Positions 45,902 through 55,217 of a stretch of DNA of 64,000 nucleotides are shown in pieces (within the stretch, counting starts at the first letter, position 1; each line of letters starts with the position of its first letter). The DNA is from Desulfomonilia bacterium (GTDB lineage: Bacteria > Desulfobacterota > Desulfomonilia > UBA1062), in the NCBI GenBank assembly GCA_050014195.1, contig JBEKDT010000006.1, positions 32,001 to 96,000 on the forward strand, written 5' to 3'. Below the pieces are notes generated by a model. It did no database searches, had not been told where the DNA came from, and saw nothing but the letters and a program-made list of their open reading frames with translations. The translations under genes were made by a program, and so were the position numbers.

Positions 45902-46906
45902 TCACTCCCCGAAGAACCTGCCCTCTTCCCATGCCACCTTGTGCTCCATGATGACCTGGAACTGGTGTCCCAAGTCCAGGATCTCTTTTTGCCAGAAGGC
46001 GTCGGTGCCCCAGCCGGGGTGATTGTTGCTGAAGTCATAATCATGGGCCTGTCTGGCCCACCAGGCAAGGAAATAGATGATACGCATGAACCGTAGGGGC
46101 TCGATGAGCTTAAGGGATGAGCGGTCGAATTCCCGGAACTGAGAGTACCCATCGAGCAGGAGATCGATCTCGCGCCGGGAGCGGCCTGCATGGTCGGGCA
46201 GGAGGAGCCAGAGGTCGTGGACAGGGGGGCCTGTCATCATATCGTCAAAATCAATCACCATGAGTCCTTCACCCGGCCGGTCGAGAAGGTTGCCCCGGTG
46301 GCAGTCTCCATGGATGCGGATAAACCCCGTGCCATCAAAGTCAGAGGAGATGCCCTCCACGATTCGGGAGGTGAGGTCTTCAAAGGCGGCGTTGTGCTCA
46401 GGGGTTACAAATCCGCCTTTGATGAGGTAATCCAGATCTGCACGGGTGGACTTCATGGGGTGCAGGGTGATCCTGTCCTGCGGAGTTCGGCGCTCACCTG
46501 CGAGATGGATGCGTGCCACAAGAGAGCCCACCCGTATCCAGTCTTCATCGGCGTTCAGCTCGAATGCGCGTCCGGCCTTCTTGGGAAAGAGCGCAAAGAA
46601 AGTACTGAGCGCGTTTCCCAGGGTGCTTCCATCGGCAAGCGTCAAGGGGCACACGACCGGGATCTCATCATCCGCGCAGTCAGCCAAGAATCGGTGCTCG
46701 TCCTCAAGGGCCTCCCTGCTCCAGCGCCCCGGCCGGTAGAACTTGGCGATAAGGCGTTTCCCTGCCTTGGACTGGATCTCATAGACCCGGTTGATATAGC
46801 TCGGCAAAGGCATGGCAAGCCCGGTCATGGGGATGCCGGTGGCATCCTCCACCATATCGAGCAGCACCCCTGGCGTGAGGTGCGCAAAGTCGGCATTCCT
46901 GGTCAT
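45902..46906 (-). CDS. srkA: Stress response Ser/Thr kinase SrkA/RdoA (YihE) family
   Basis: 'SYINRVY', 'KFYRPGRWS', 'EDEH.F', 'IHGDCH.GN', 'IDFDD', 'IEPLR.MR'. Confidence 0.9.
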   Translation of the reverse strand: MTRNADFAHLTPGVLLDMVEDATGIPMTGLAMPLPSYINRVYEIQSKAGKRLIAKFYRPGRWSREALEDEHRFLADCADDEIPVVCPLTLADGSTLGNALSTFFALFPKKAGRAFELNADEDWIRVGSLVARIHLAGERRTPQDRITLHPMKSTRADLDYLIKGGFVTPEHNAAFEDLTSRIVEGISSDFDGTGFIRIHGDCHRGNLLDRPGEGLMVIDFDDMMTGPPVHDLWLLLPDHAGRSRREIDLLLDGYSQFREFDRSSLKLIEPLRFMRIIYFLAWWARQAHDYDFSNNHPGWGTDAFWQKEILDLGHQFQVIMEHKVAWEEGRFFGE

Positions 46907-47001
46907 GGTTTTCCTCCGTAATCACAAAGGTATATTTCAATTATGGTCCTCTTGTCTGCAAGGAAATTTAACCTTACCCTGCGAACGCAATCCGATTCAG
47001 T

Positions 47002-47027
47002 AAAAAAAAGAGCCCCCATGGGGGCTC
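47002..47027 (-). terminator. Rho-independent terminator of the CoA-transferase gene
   Basis: GAGCCCCC-AT-GGGGGCTC hairpin followed on the minus strand by T8. Confidence 0.8.
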
Positions 47028-47095
47028 CTGAAGATTTTGTCGGGTGGTATGTTACCGGGATGGATACATTTCACTCTCGTCGGCCGGAGAAGTAC

Positions 47096-48436
47096 TTATG
47101 CCGCCAGCCGGTTGGATCTCCTCCAGATTCCCATGAGCTCGGCCTCCCGGATGAGCTCTTCGCGGAATGTCGGGTGCGCGATGTTGATGAGGGCCTCGGC
47201 ACGCTCCCAGGTGCTCTTGCCCTTGAGCATGGCCTTGCCGTACTCCGTAACCACATAATGGACAATGGTGCGGGGCACGGTAACGATAGAACCCGGCTCG
47301 AGAACGGAACGGATGCGCGACTTCACCTTGCCGTCCTTGTCTTTTGTGGTGGAGGACAGACAGATGAAGGACTTGCCTCCCTTGGAGTGGAAGGCCCCGA
47401 ACACGAAGTCAAACTGACCGCCGGTTCCGGAGATCTGGCGGGTGCCTGATGATTCCGAGGACACCTGGCAGAAGAGGTCCACTTCGACTGCATTGTTGAT
47501 GGCAATGGTGTTGTCATTAGCCCTGATGTTCTCGGGGTTGTTCGTGTAGTCCACCGAGTAGGAGGCGCAGCAGCGGTTCTGGTCGATGAAGTCGTAGAGT
47601 TTCCGGCTGCCCAGCGCAAAGGTGTAGACCATCTTGCCTTTGTCTGTGTGCTTCTTCATGTTGGTCACCCTGCCTGCCATGTACATGTCGACGTATGAAT
47701 CCACGAGCATCTCGGTATGCACGCCCAGGTCCTTGAGGCTGCTCTCGGCGATCAGCTTGCCCACTGCATTCGGCATGGCGCCTATCCCCAGCTGCAGGCA
47801 GCCGCCGTCCGGGATCTCTTCCACGATCAATGATGCGATCTTCCGGTCCACATCGCCGATCTTGGGCTCTGCCGTGCAGAACAGGGGCTTGTTGTCCGAT
47901 TCCACAATATAGTCCACCTTAGAGATGTGGATGGCCTCGTTCCTGCCGCCGTAGCAGTAGGGCACATTCGTGTTCACCTCGACGATAACGGTCTTTGCCC
48001 GGTCGGCTATATACTTGGAGATGGAGTTGGAAGGGCCGAAGTTGAAGTAGCCGTCCTTGTCCATGGGCGCCACCTTGACCATGAAGACATCCGTGTCGAT
48101 TATGCTGTAGAGGGAAGGGCCCTCGTGATAGAGCAGCGGGATGTAGTTGCACAGACCCCTGTCGTGAAGCGTGCGGTCGCCGCCGCTGAAGTGCCAGTTG
48201 TTGTAGGTGAAGTGCTCCTGATAGGGGTCGGCAGTGGCGATGGCAGCCATGCCCGGGAAGGTGAGCGCCCGGACTTTGACGTCGCGAAGCTCCTCGACCC
48301 TCCTGGCCAGCGCTGCATCGAGAAAGGTCGGGGCACAGGTGAAATGGCCGTAGTCGACCCAGTCTCCTGACTTCACCGCCTTGACCGCCGCATCGGCGTT
48401 AACGAGCTTCCTTTCAAACTCTTCCTTGTGGTTCAT
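47096..48436 (-). CDS. Acetyl-CoA hydrolase / butyryl- or 4-hydroxybutyryl-CoA transferase family
   Basis: 'LQLGIGAMPNA', 'LGVHTEM', 'ISGTGGQFDF', 'VVTEYG.A.LKGKS..ERA..LI.IAHP.FR'. Confidence 0.93.
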   Translation of the reverse strand: MNHKEEFERKLVNADAAVKAVKSGDWVDYGHFTCAPTFLDAALARRVEELRDVKVRALTFPGMAAIATADPYQEHFTYNNWHFSGGDRTLHDRGLCNYIPLLYHEGPSLYSIIDTDVFMVKVAPMDKDGYFNFGPSNSISKYIADRAKTVIVEVNTNVPYCYGGRNEAIHISKVDYIVESDNKPLFCTAEPKIGDVDRKIASLIVEEIPDGGCLQLGIGAMPNAVGKLIAESSLKDLGVHTEMLVDSYVDMYMAGRVTNMKKHTDKGKMVYTFALGSRKLYDFIDQNRCCASYSVDYTNNPENIRANDNTIAINNAVEVDLFCQVSSESSGTRQISGTGGQFDFVFGAFHSKGGKSFICLSSTTKDKDGKVKSRIRSVLEPGSIVTVPRTIVHYVVTEYGKAMLKGKSTWERAEALINIAHPTFREELIREAELMGIWRRSNRLAA

Positions 48437-48542
48437 GGCCGCCTCCTTAAGATTCTCTTTCTTGTATGTCTATACGGCAGGCGGCGTTTAATAAAAATCG
48501 GCACAGGGCCGAATGTTGGGTGTGTGAATTGTGGCAGGTGGG

Positions 48543-48559
48543 ATAGGTAAAATGCCTAT
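48543..48559. promoter_or_regulatory. Candidate NarL/LuxR-type binding palindrome
   Basis: ATAGG-N7-CCTAT about 110 bp upstream of the CoA-transferase start. Confidence 0.4.
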
Positions 48560-48577
48560 GCTTCCGGGTCTAGGGAA

Positions 48578-48772
48578 CCCCTCACCCACACCCTCTCCCC
48601 ATGTATGGACAGAAGGGTATCCGGGATATTCTTCACCCTCTCCCGGCCTCCCCCATCAAGGGGGAGGAGGTAATTGACCCTCGAAAGTACCAACAATGGT
48701 GAGGGTGATGCATAATGAGTCGGAGGATTTAAGTCCCCTCCCCCCTTGCGAGGGAGGGTCAGGGAGAGGGGG
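48578..48772. repeat. Cluster of three CCCTCTCCC...GGGAGAGGG-type palindromic repeats
   Basis: 48578-48618, 48633-48667 and 48735-48772 share CCCTC(A/T)CCC...CCCTCTCCC / GGGAGAGGG motifs. Confidence 0.75.
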
Positions 48773-48799
48773 TTCACCGTCGAATGGTCTCAAATCTTA

Positions 48800-49456
48800 T
48801 CATCCTCCCTGCGATTGCACCCATTCCACGGCGCGTTTGGCCAGCTCGGGCGAACTCTTGATGGTAAGCTTCTCCTTGATCTTCTCCCGGTAGCTGCCGA
48901 TGGTCTTGATGCTCACATTCAGCAGCGATGCCATCTCCTGTCTCCCCATGCCCCTGCCGATGAGGGTGAAGACCTCTAACTCCCGGTCCGACAAGGTGGA
49001 GACCGGGTCTTTGCGGATGGCCGATGAATCGATGGCTACCCGGCCGAGGATGGATTCCACGATGTCTTCGCTGAAGAACATCCTCCCGTTCAATACCTGC
49101 CGGAGCGCTGTAACGACCTTGCCCGTCATCTCCTGTTTCATGATATAGCCCCGGGCGCCGGCCTTCAGAGCCCTCTCGGCATACACCGCCTCGTCATGCA
49201 TGGACATGACGAGCACGAGCCGACCCGGGGACTGATCATGGATATATCTGATGAGCTCGAGGCCGCTCACCCCTTTCAACGAGAGGTCCACAATCACCAT
49301 ATCCGGTTTGAGCTTATCAAGAAGCCTTTTGGCCCCGGGGACATCCTCGGCCTCGCCGCATACCTCCATGTCGGTCTCCTCATTGATGAGCTGGCCGAGG
49401 CCCTTGCGGAAGATGGGGTGATCGTCAACGATCATTATGCGTGAGCGAGCTGACAT
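48800..49456 (-). CDS. NarL/LuxR-family response regulator
   Basis: 'VDDHPIFR.GL', 'VDLSL', 'SMHDE', HTH 'LSDRELEVF..IGRG'. Confidence 0.95.
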   Translation of the reverse strand: MSARSRIMIVDDHPIFRKGLGQLINEETDMEVCGEAEDVPGAKRLLDKLKPDMVIVDLSLKGVSGLELIRYIHDQSPGRLVLVMSMHDEAVYAERALKAGARGYIMKQEMTGKVVTALRQVLNGRMFFSEDIVESILGRVAIDSSAIRKDPVSTLSDRELEVFTLIGRGMGRQEMASLLNVSIKTIGSYREKIKEKLTIKSSPELAKRAVEWVQSQGG

Positions 49457-51288
49457 ATAACCGAGGTCCCTCCCTTCGGGTTTTTCTTAATAACAAGATC
49501 GGCGCCGATCATGCGTGCACGGTGGCGCATGATGCTCAAGCCAAGCCCCTTCTTCCGGCCGATTTCATCAGGCAGGCCGGTGCCGTCATCGGCAATGGTG
49601 AGCGTGATGAACCCCTTTTTGGGCTTGAGGGTGATGGTGATATGCCCTGCCTTGCCGTGACGCACCGCGTTGTTCACCGCCTCCTGGATGATGCGGAAGA
49701 TATGTACGGCCGCGGCGTTGTCTTTCACTTGCACTGCCTTGCTCACATCCAGGCGGAAAGAGACGCCGAAGATGGACTCGACCTGTTTTGCAAGGTCGCG
49801 TATGGCAGTGAACAGCGCCCCCTCGTCGATGTATACGGGGCTCAAGCCCCGGGCAATGGTGCGGGTCTTGGTGATTGCCTCCCTGATCAGCGCAACCATC
49901 TCGTGTGCAAGCCCGGCATTGGTCTTTGACTTCTGCTCCAGACGTTTCTCCAGCAGCAGTGCAAGGGCCTCGATGCCGATGAGGTGCTGCTGCAGGTCGT
50001 CGTGTAGGTCCTGGCCGATCTTCTGCCGTTCCCGCTCGCCTATATCAAGGATCTCGCGCTCCAGGCGCCGCTGCTCGGTGACATCGGCGAATACGGAGAT
50101 AACGTGCGGCTCGCCCCTCAGGTCGATGGACTCGGCGGAATACACGATCTTACGCACCTCTCCGGACTTGACGCGGAAATCCACCTCCATGTCCTTGATA
50201 CCACCTTTTTCAACTACCTGGGCCATGATGTCCCGGCGGAATTCCGGGGAGGGCCAGAGGCCGATGTCGATGGAGGTATGGTCGATGACCTCGCTGCGGT
50301 CATACCCCGTGATCCTGAGGAACCCCTCGTTGACCTCGATGAAGCGCCCCTCCTTCATGATGGTGATGGCAATCGCATCCGGGCTCGACCGGAAGGCCTT
50401 TGCGAACTTCTCTTCCGAGAGCCTTAAGCGCTCTTCTGCTATTTTTCTGCTCGTGATGTCGGTGAATACCGCGAAGCTGCCGATGTAATTCCCATCGGGA
50501 TCATACATCGGTCTGGGCGATACGATGGTGTGGATGAGCTCGCCTTCATTGCTCTGCCATGTCACCTCATAGGGTTCGTACCGGTTCTCTTTGCGTTTGA
50601 GCATCTCATTGAGCCAGACGGTCTTGGAGTTCTCTGAGAGGAATTCATAGGCCTTTAAGCCTACAAGCTCTTCACGGGAATAGCCGAGCATCTCGCAGAC
50701 CTGGTCATTCACATAGGTGATGAGCCCGTCAGCGTCCTGCACGCCGAACCCGTCGCTCATGGTATCAACGAGCAGGCGGAATTGCTCTTCCTGTGCCCTA
50801 AGTGCCCTCTCCGCCTCTCTTATCTCGGTGATGTCCAGGAATGATGCGATGCTCTGGGATGTTCCGGGAAGCACCGCCACCGTGAGATAGCACTCAAGCA
50901 TCATGCCGGACCTGTTGATGAAACGGCATTCGTAGTTTCTGGGTGCTGATAGAGGATTCATGCGGCGGAAATGATGGTAGTCGACCATCCGCGCCCGATC
51001 GTCATGGTGGATGAAATTGACCCATGACATTGTGCCCTCGATCTCATCCCTTAAAAAGCCGGTAAGCTTCTCGAACTCCGTGTTCGCCATGGTGATGGTC
51101 GTATCCGGATCGATGAGGATGGTAGCGGCTCCGGTATTTTCAAAGATGGTCCGGTATTTTTTCTCAGAGGCCTGCAGCTCTTCCTCGGCCTGCTTCAGCC
51201 TTGTCTGTGAGGCCTCCAGCTCATAAACCCTGTGCCTCAGGGCATCGAGCTCCATCACTGCCTGTTCATGGTTTTCCGGTCCGGACAT
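49435..51288 (-). CDS. Cytoplasmic multi-PAS sensor histidine kinase (HisKA_3)
   Basis: Three PAS/PAC repeats; 'ERQKIGQDLHDDL', 'RIIQEAVNNAVRHG', 'DDGTG', 'GLGL..M..RA'. Confidence 0.93.
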   Translation of the reverse strand: MSGPENHEQAVMELDALRHRVYELEASQTRLKQAEEELQASEKKYRTIFENTGAATILIDPDTTITMANTEFEKLTGFLRDEIEGTMSWVNFIHHDDRARMVDYHHFRRMNPLSAPRNYECRFINRSGMMLECYLTVAVLPGTSQSIASFLDITEIREAERALRAQEEQFRLLVDTMSDGFGVQDADGLITYVNDQVCEMLGYSREELVGLKAYEFLSENSKTVWLNEMLKRKENRYEPYEVTWQSNEGELIHTIVSPRPMYDPDGNYIGSFAVFTDITSRKIAEERLRLSEEKFAKAFRSSPDAIAITIMKEGRFIEVNEGFLRITGYDRSEVIDHTSIDIGLWPSPEFRRDIMAQVVEKGGIKDMEVDFRVKSGEVRKIVYSAESIDLRGEPHVISVFADVTEQRRLEREILDIGERERQKIGQDLHDDLQQHLIGIEALALLLEKRLEQKSKTNAGLAHEMVALIREAITKTRTIARGLSPVYIDEGALFTAIRDLAKQVESIFGVSFRLDVSKAVQVKDNAAAVHIFRIIQEAVNNAVRHGKAGHITITLKPKKGFITLTIADDGTGLPDEIGRKKGLGLSIMRHRARMIGADLVIKKNPKGGTSVICQLAHA

Positions 51289-51442
51289 CGTCCACCTGTT
51301 CCATGATAGCGTAAAGTCCACGTATCATCGTTTTGTTTTATGGACCTATATAAAGAACTAATAATCCTGATACACTGGGAAAGCAATGACGGGCGGGCTG
51401 TGTATGTATCCGACATATTGCTCATGAGATTTTTACACCCCA

Positions 51443-51584
51443 TGTAGGAGCGCCTTCAGGCGCGACCTGCCCTGTAGCTGCTGAAAACCTCAATGCGCAT
51501 GATGAAAAAACCGGAGCACTTTTAGCTGCGGCGTTATCCGATGATCCCGTCTTGCTTAGGGTCGCGGCTAAAGCCGCTCCTACA
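51443..51584. repeat. GTAG-type REP doublet
   Basis: 51443-51466 is the exact reverse complement of 2632-2655; 51561-51584 is one mismatch from the reverse complement of 2586-2609. Confidence 0.85.
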
Positions 51585-51681
51585 ACGATATGGAAACTAT
51601 GGAAAAATTCGGGTTTTCTCGTTCAGAAAAGAGGTGGGAAATCATGAATCGACTAGACAACCTGCCTTACATGAGGGGCCC

Positions 51682-52266
51682 CTATGGCGCGAGTTTGACA
51701 CGCCGCCTGATATTCTCTTTATCCAGGGAGCGCAGAAAGATCGGGTTCTCGAAAAAGATCGTGTTGAAATGAAAGTCGAACATCTCGTGGATCGCATCGT
51801 CTACTGTCCAGTCCTGAACAATGATCCGGTATGCGGCAACTATATATCCGGCTCTGTCTCTGCCATATTCGCAGTGCACGAATACGGGCCAGTTATCCGG
51901 GTTTTCTACGACCTTCAGGAAGATGACGAGATCGTGCTCGTCCGGAAACCCCGGTAGTTCGGGCAGCCAGAGGTATTTAAGCTTTGTACCGGAAAGCATG
52001 GGAAGGTCGTCTTCGGAATACTTGAGATTCACAATGGTCTTCGCCCCGGCTGCCTCAAGGTTATGGAATCCCTCGAGTGTCGGCTGGGAGCCGCGCCAGA
52101 GGGCTTCAGATACTTTGGCAAAATTGGGTACACCTTTGATGCACGTATCGCACGGCTTCTCCATCGCACGGCTCGGCGGTATGTATGGTCGGTGTGCGCA
52201 GCCCGTACTCATAACCAGGATACCGATGAGGATGCCGATAGAGGTGGTCCGCACTGATGTTAGCAT
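51682..52266 (-). CDS. Lipoprotein CX5R (tyrosine/dual-specificity-type) phosphatase
   Basis: Lipobox 'STGC', 'PNF..V...LWRGSQP', active site 'HCEYGRDR'. Confidence 0.85.
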   Translation of the reverse strand: MLTSVRTTSIGILIGILVMSTGCAHRPYIPPSRAMEKPCDTCIKGVPNFAKVSEALWRGSQPTLEGFHNLEAAGAKTIVNLKYSEDDLPMLSGTKLKYLWLPELPGFPDEHDLVIFLKVVENPDNWPVFVHCEYGRDRAGYIVAAYRIIVQDWTVDDAIHEMFDFHFNTIFFENPIFLRSLDKENIRRRVKLAP

Positions 52267-52443
52267 TAAGACCCCTTTAAGCTTTTTAGTATCTGTCTTA
52301 TGCAGAATAGGGCTTCAAGTTACCAGAGAGCAGGCTGTTTTTCCAGTCATAAAACACGAAGAGGGCGTTTCCGGAACATGCAATTTGATACATTCCATCC
52401 GCTGAACGGCTGACATCAAAAAACAGTTGTAAGCCGACAGGCC

Positions 52444-52483
52444 GTCCCACGGGCAAACCCTTCGGGTTTAGCCCGTGCCACCC
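52444..52483. repeat. 40-bp hairpin repeat, copy 2
   Basis: 37/40 identical to 2909-2948. Confidence 0.85.
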
Positions 52484-52520
52484 GAATAATATCGTTTTGT
52501 CCCAGCCACCCGCCCGTCTT

Positions 52521-52922
52521 CTAAACTGTCCCTGCTATGCGACGCCACACCTCTTCGCTATAGAAGTGCCTAACTAATTCTTCTACGACTTCTTGCCGAG
52601 CGCTCTTTGTACGGACTGGATAACCTATAAGTTTTGCTAATTCACGAAGCTTCTTTACTGACAGTTGCACGATCTGCATTTTTAATTCCTCCGGTTTATC
52701 TCGTAGCAACTGCAATGAGCTAACGAAAGAATCGTCTATAATTGTAGAATCCTTATTCCCCTTCTTCCTGGATGTGTAAGGGGTCGTTAGAGAGATGATC
52801 ATCTTGCCACCAAGTCGCTCAAGCCTTCCAACGCCCTTATTCCCGAAGAATCTCTCAACCAATTCCCTAAGCTCAACAGATAAAGGTTGCCCTGCTTCAT
52901 GAGAAAACTCAACCTTTGGCAT
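52521..52922 (-). CDS. Hypothetical protein with C-terminal HeH/Rho_N/SAP-like motif
   Basis: 'LSVKKLRELAKLIG...KSARQEVVEEL'; overlaps the ParA stop; AT-rich codons. Confidence 0.65.
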   Translation of the reverse strand: MPKVEFSHEAGQPLSVELRELVERFFGNKGVGRLERLGGKMIISLTTPYTSRKKGNKDSTIIDDSFVSSLQLLRDKPEELKMQIVQLSVKKLRELAKLIGYPVRTKSARQEVVEELVRHFYSEEVWRRIAGTV

Positions 52923-53889
52923 TGTAGGCATCCATCCTTTCACTTATTTCTTTCGTTATAGCCAATAGACATTCTTCAATTGTTGGTTGTCCAGAAGTAC
53001 GTCTTGTAAAATCATATCGTGAAAACTTGGTCTTCTCGCTAAGAAAGCGAGCGATAACGTCTAATCTTGGTATTACACCAATAAGAGCATTGTCTCCAAG
53101 AACTTCTCGTTCTGTTTTCTCTAAGTCGTTCTGTATGTTCTTTATGAGGTCCGACTCAGCCGATTGCTGGGAATACACCTTGCCGCCAGGTAAGCCACCT
53201 GTCCTGTTTATTGCGTTCAATACATAACCCAATAATCGTGGACGGTCGCCTGCCGGAATCTGCTTCACCCAACGTAAGAGTCTTGGCATACCATAAACAG
53301 AAATAGCATCTGGTATTGTGACTGGGAGATAAAAAGAACATGCTCTTAGCATTGCTTGGGTGAGAAACATCTTGTTGGGTGGGCAGTCAACAAGAACATA
53401 GTGATACTTATCATATCCGTTAAGGAGTTGTTTGCAATATAAAAAAAGTTCATTCACTCTTCGTTCTTCATCACCAACGAGACTCTTGGCTATCTCCATG
53501 TCCATGATATCGACATCGAAAGATCCACGCACGATGTGAAGGTTTTTGGGGCTTAGGCTATCAGGAACTTCAAAGACATAGCTTTCAAGATTAGTTTTTT
53601 TGAGCTTTGTCCATTTTGAAGGTTTAACAAGATTGTATATAGTCAACTCAGTCTTGCTTACCTCTGCTGGATCGAAACCAACAGCAAGTGAGAGACTGCA
53701 TTGAGGATCGATGTCAAATAGCAGGACTCTTTTACCTGTCGTTTCTGCTAGATAGTAACCAAGGAGACATACAAGAGTAGTTTTACCGACACCACCTTTG
53801 TAATTCGCAATACATATTGAGCCTGGATGCTTTGTTGCGACAAAAGCTTTCAACTCCGCCGCTTTTCCAGCTGAAACTAAGGTGCCCAT
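52909..53889 (-). CDS. ParA/Soj-family ATPase (orphan)
   Basis: 'NYKGGVGKTT', 'DIDPQCSLS', 'VDCPP', 'PD.IS.YG'; GGAGG RBS before MGTLV. Confidence 0.9.
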   Translation of the reverse strand: MGTLVSAGKAAELKAFVATKHPGSICIANYKGGVGKTTLVCLLGYYLAETTGKRVLLFDIDPQCSLSLAVGFDPAEVSKTELTIYNLVKPSKWTKLKKTNLESYVFEVPDSLSPKNLHIVRGSFDVDIMDMEIAKSLVGDEERRVNELFLYCKQLLNGYDKYHYVLVDCPPNKMFLTQAMLRACSFYLPVTIPDAISVYGMPRLLRWVKQIPAGDRPRLLGYVLNAINRTGGLPGGKVYSQQSAESDLIKNIQNDLEKTEREVLGDNALIGVIPRLDVIARFLSEKTKFSRYDFTRRTSGQPTIEECLLAITKEISERMDAYNAKG

Positions 53890-54085
53890 GTTCGGTGCCT
53901 CCTTTTTTCTTTGCTTCCCTTGTTTTCGAGTTAGCTTCTCCAACGGTTACTATGCTGCACTTTTGTAGTATATCTGGATAATACATGCTATCGTTTCAGT
54001 GTAGTGTGTTGGAGTGATCAGGGTTGCATTACCATTCCACATCTGAACAAATACTCTATATCCTTAAAATTATCCAGCCAGAGAA

Positions 54086-54388
54086 AGATTCCTCGCTGTC
54101 GCTCGGAATGACATTATGTGAGTTAATTGGTGGGTTACGCTAAAGCTCCAATCACCCATGAAACTTACTCCCGGTTAGATTGATATTCTGTAGGTGTTTT
54201 TTCTTCCCCCTCTGAACCCGGTGAGCGAGTGCAGGAAAATTCGGGTTAAAGCGGATACTGTTTGAGCGAAGCGAGTTTATCCGCGGCCCGAATTTTACAA
54301 ACGAGCGAACGGACCCGAAGGGCGGGTTCATTGGGGTGCCTTTTCTTTCGTCCTTTCTTTGGGCATGCAAAGAAAGGACAAAAATAAA
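54086..54388. repeat. Cluster of MITE/REP-like elements
   Basis: AGATTCCTCGCTGTCGCTCGGAATGAC; GTGGGTTACGCT; TGAGCGAAGCGAGTT; GGGGTGCCTTTTCTTTCGTCCTTTCTTTGGGCATGCAAAGAAAGGAC (relative of 2695-2824). Confidence 0.6.
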
Positions 54389-55216
54389 TTACTGTCTGAG
54401 CCTGGGATCAATCGCATCCCTGATGCCTTCACCCAGAAGGTTGTAGCCGAGCACGGTGATCAGGATGGCCATGCCCGGGAAGAACGAGAGCCACCAGGCG
54501 ATGCCGAGCACGTTCTGGCCCTGGGTGAGCATATTGCCCCAGCTCGGTGTGGGAGGCTGGACGCCGATGCCGAGGAAAGAGAGCGCCGATTCGGTGAGTA
54601 CGGCAGCCGCGATGCCCAGCGTGGCGGAAACGAGCACGGGTGCCATGGCGTTGGGCAGGATATGGCTGAATATAATGCGTGCATTGCTCGCCCCCATGGC
54701 CTTGACGGCCAGCACGAAGTCCCGCTCCTTCAAGGTCAGGAACTCGGCGCGCACCAGGCGCGTGATGCCCATCCATGAGGTGAATCCGATCACGGCCATG
54801 ATATTGAAGATGGAAGGCTCCATGAAGGCGATGACGGCCAGGATAAGAAAGAAGGATGGGAAGCAGAGCATGATATCTACGAAGCGCATGATGACAATAT
54901 CTATAAGCCCGCCATAGTAGCCTGATATTGCGCCCAGCACTGTGCCGATGAGCACTGCAATGCCCACGGCCACGAATCCGACCTTGAGCGAGATGCCTGC
55001 ACCGTAGAGCATGCGTGTGAACACATCGCGGCCCAGTTCGTCCGTACCGAAGAGGTGAGCCTTGGAAGGCGGGGCCAGGATCTTGTTTACATCGATCATG
55101 GTGGGGTCGTACGGTGCGATGTACTGTGAGGTGACGGACATCACAAAGAACCCGAGTACGATAAGAAGCCCGGTGAGCGCCAGCTTGTCCCTGAAGAGCC
55201 GTGCGAAGAATCCCAT
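54389..55216 (-). CDS. oppC: Peptide ABC transporter permease (OppC/DppC)
   Basis: 'HLFGTDELGRDV', EAA-like 'FVLAVKAMGAS', 'HILPN', 'LSFLGIG...PTPSWG'. Confidence 0.93.
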   Translation of the reverse strand: MGFFARLFRDKLALTGLLIVLGFFVMSVTSQYIAPYDPTMIDVNKILAPPSKAHLFGTDELGRDVFTRMLYGAGISLKVGFVAVGIAVLIGTVLGAISGYYGGLIDIVIMRFVDIMLCFPSFFLILAVIAFMEPSIFNIMAVIGFTSWMGITRLVRAEFLTLKERDFVLAVKAMGASNARIIFSHILPNAMAPVLVSATLGIAAAVLTESALSFLGIGVQPPTPSWGNMLTQGQNVLGIAWWLSFFPGMAILITVLGYNLLGEGIRDAIDPRLRQ

Positions 55217-55217
55217 A

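Noticed and set aside
47040-47068. Possible IS481 right end (GTATGTTACCGGGATGGATACA) pairing with 2825
   Set aside because: The similarity is weak and there are no repeated binding sites; the 44 kb between them is core chromosome.
48488-48515. sigma28-like TTAA-N16-GCCGAATG
   Set aside because: It points into the repeat cluster with no downstream gene on that strand.
48556-48979. Short ORFs across the CCCTCTCCC repeat cluster
   Set aside because: They are translations of palindromic repeats with no RBS or domain.
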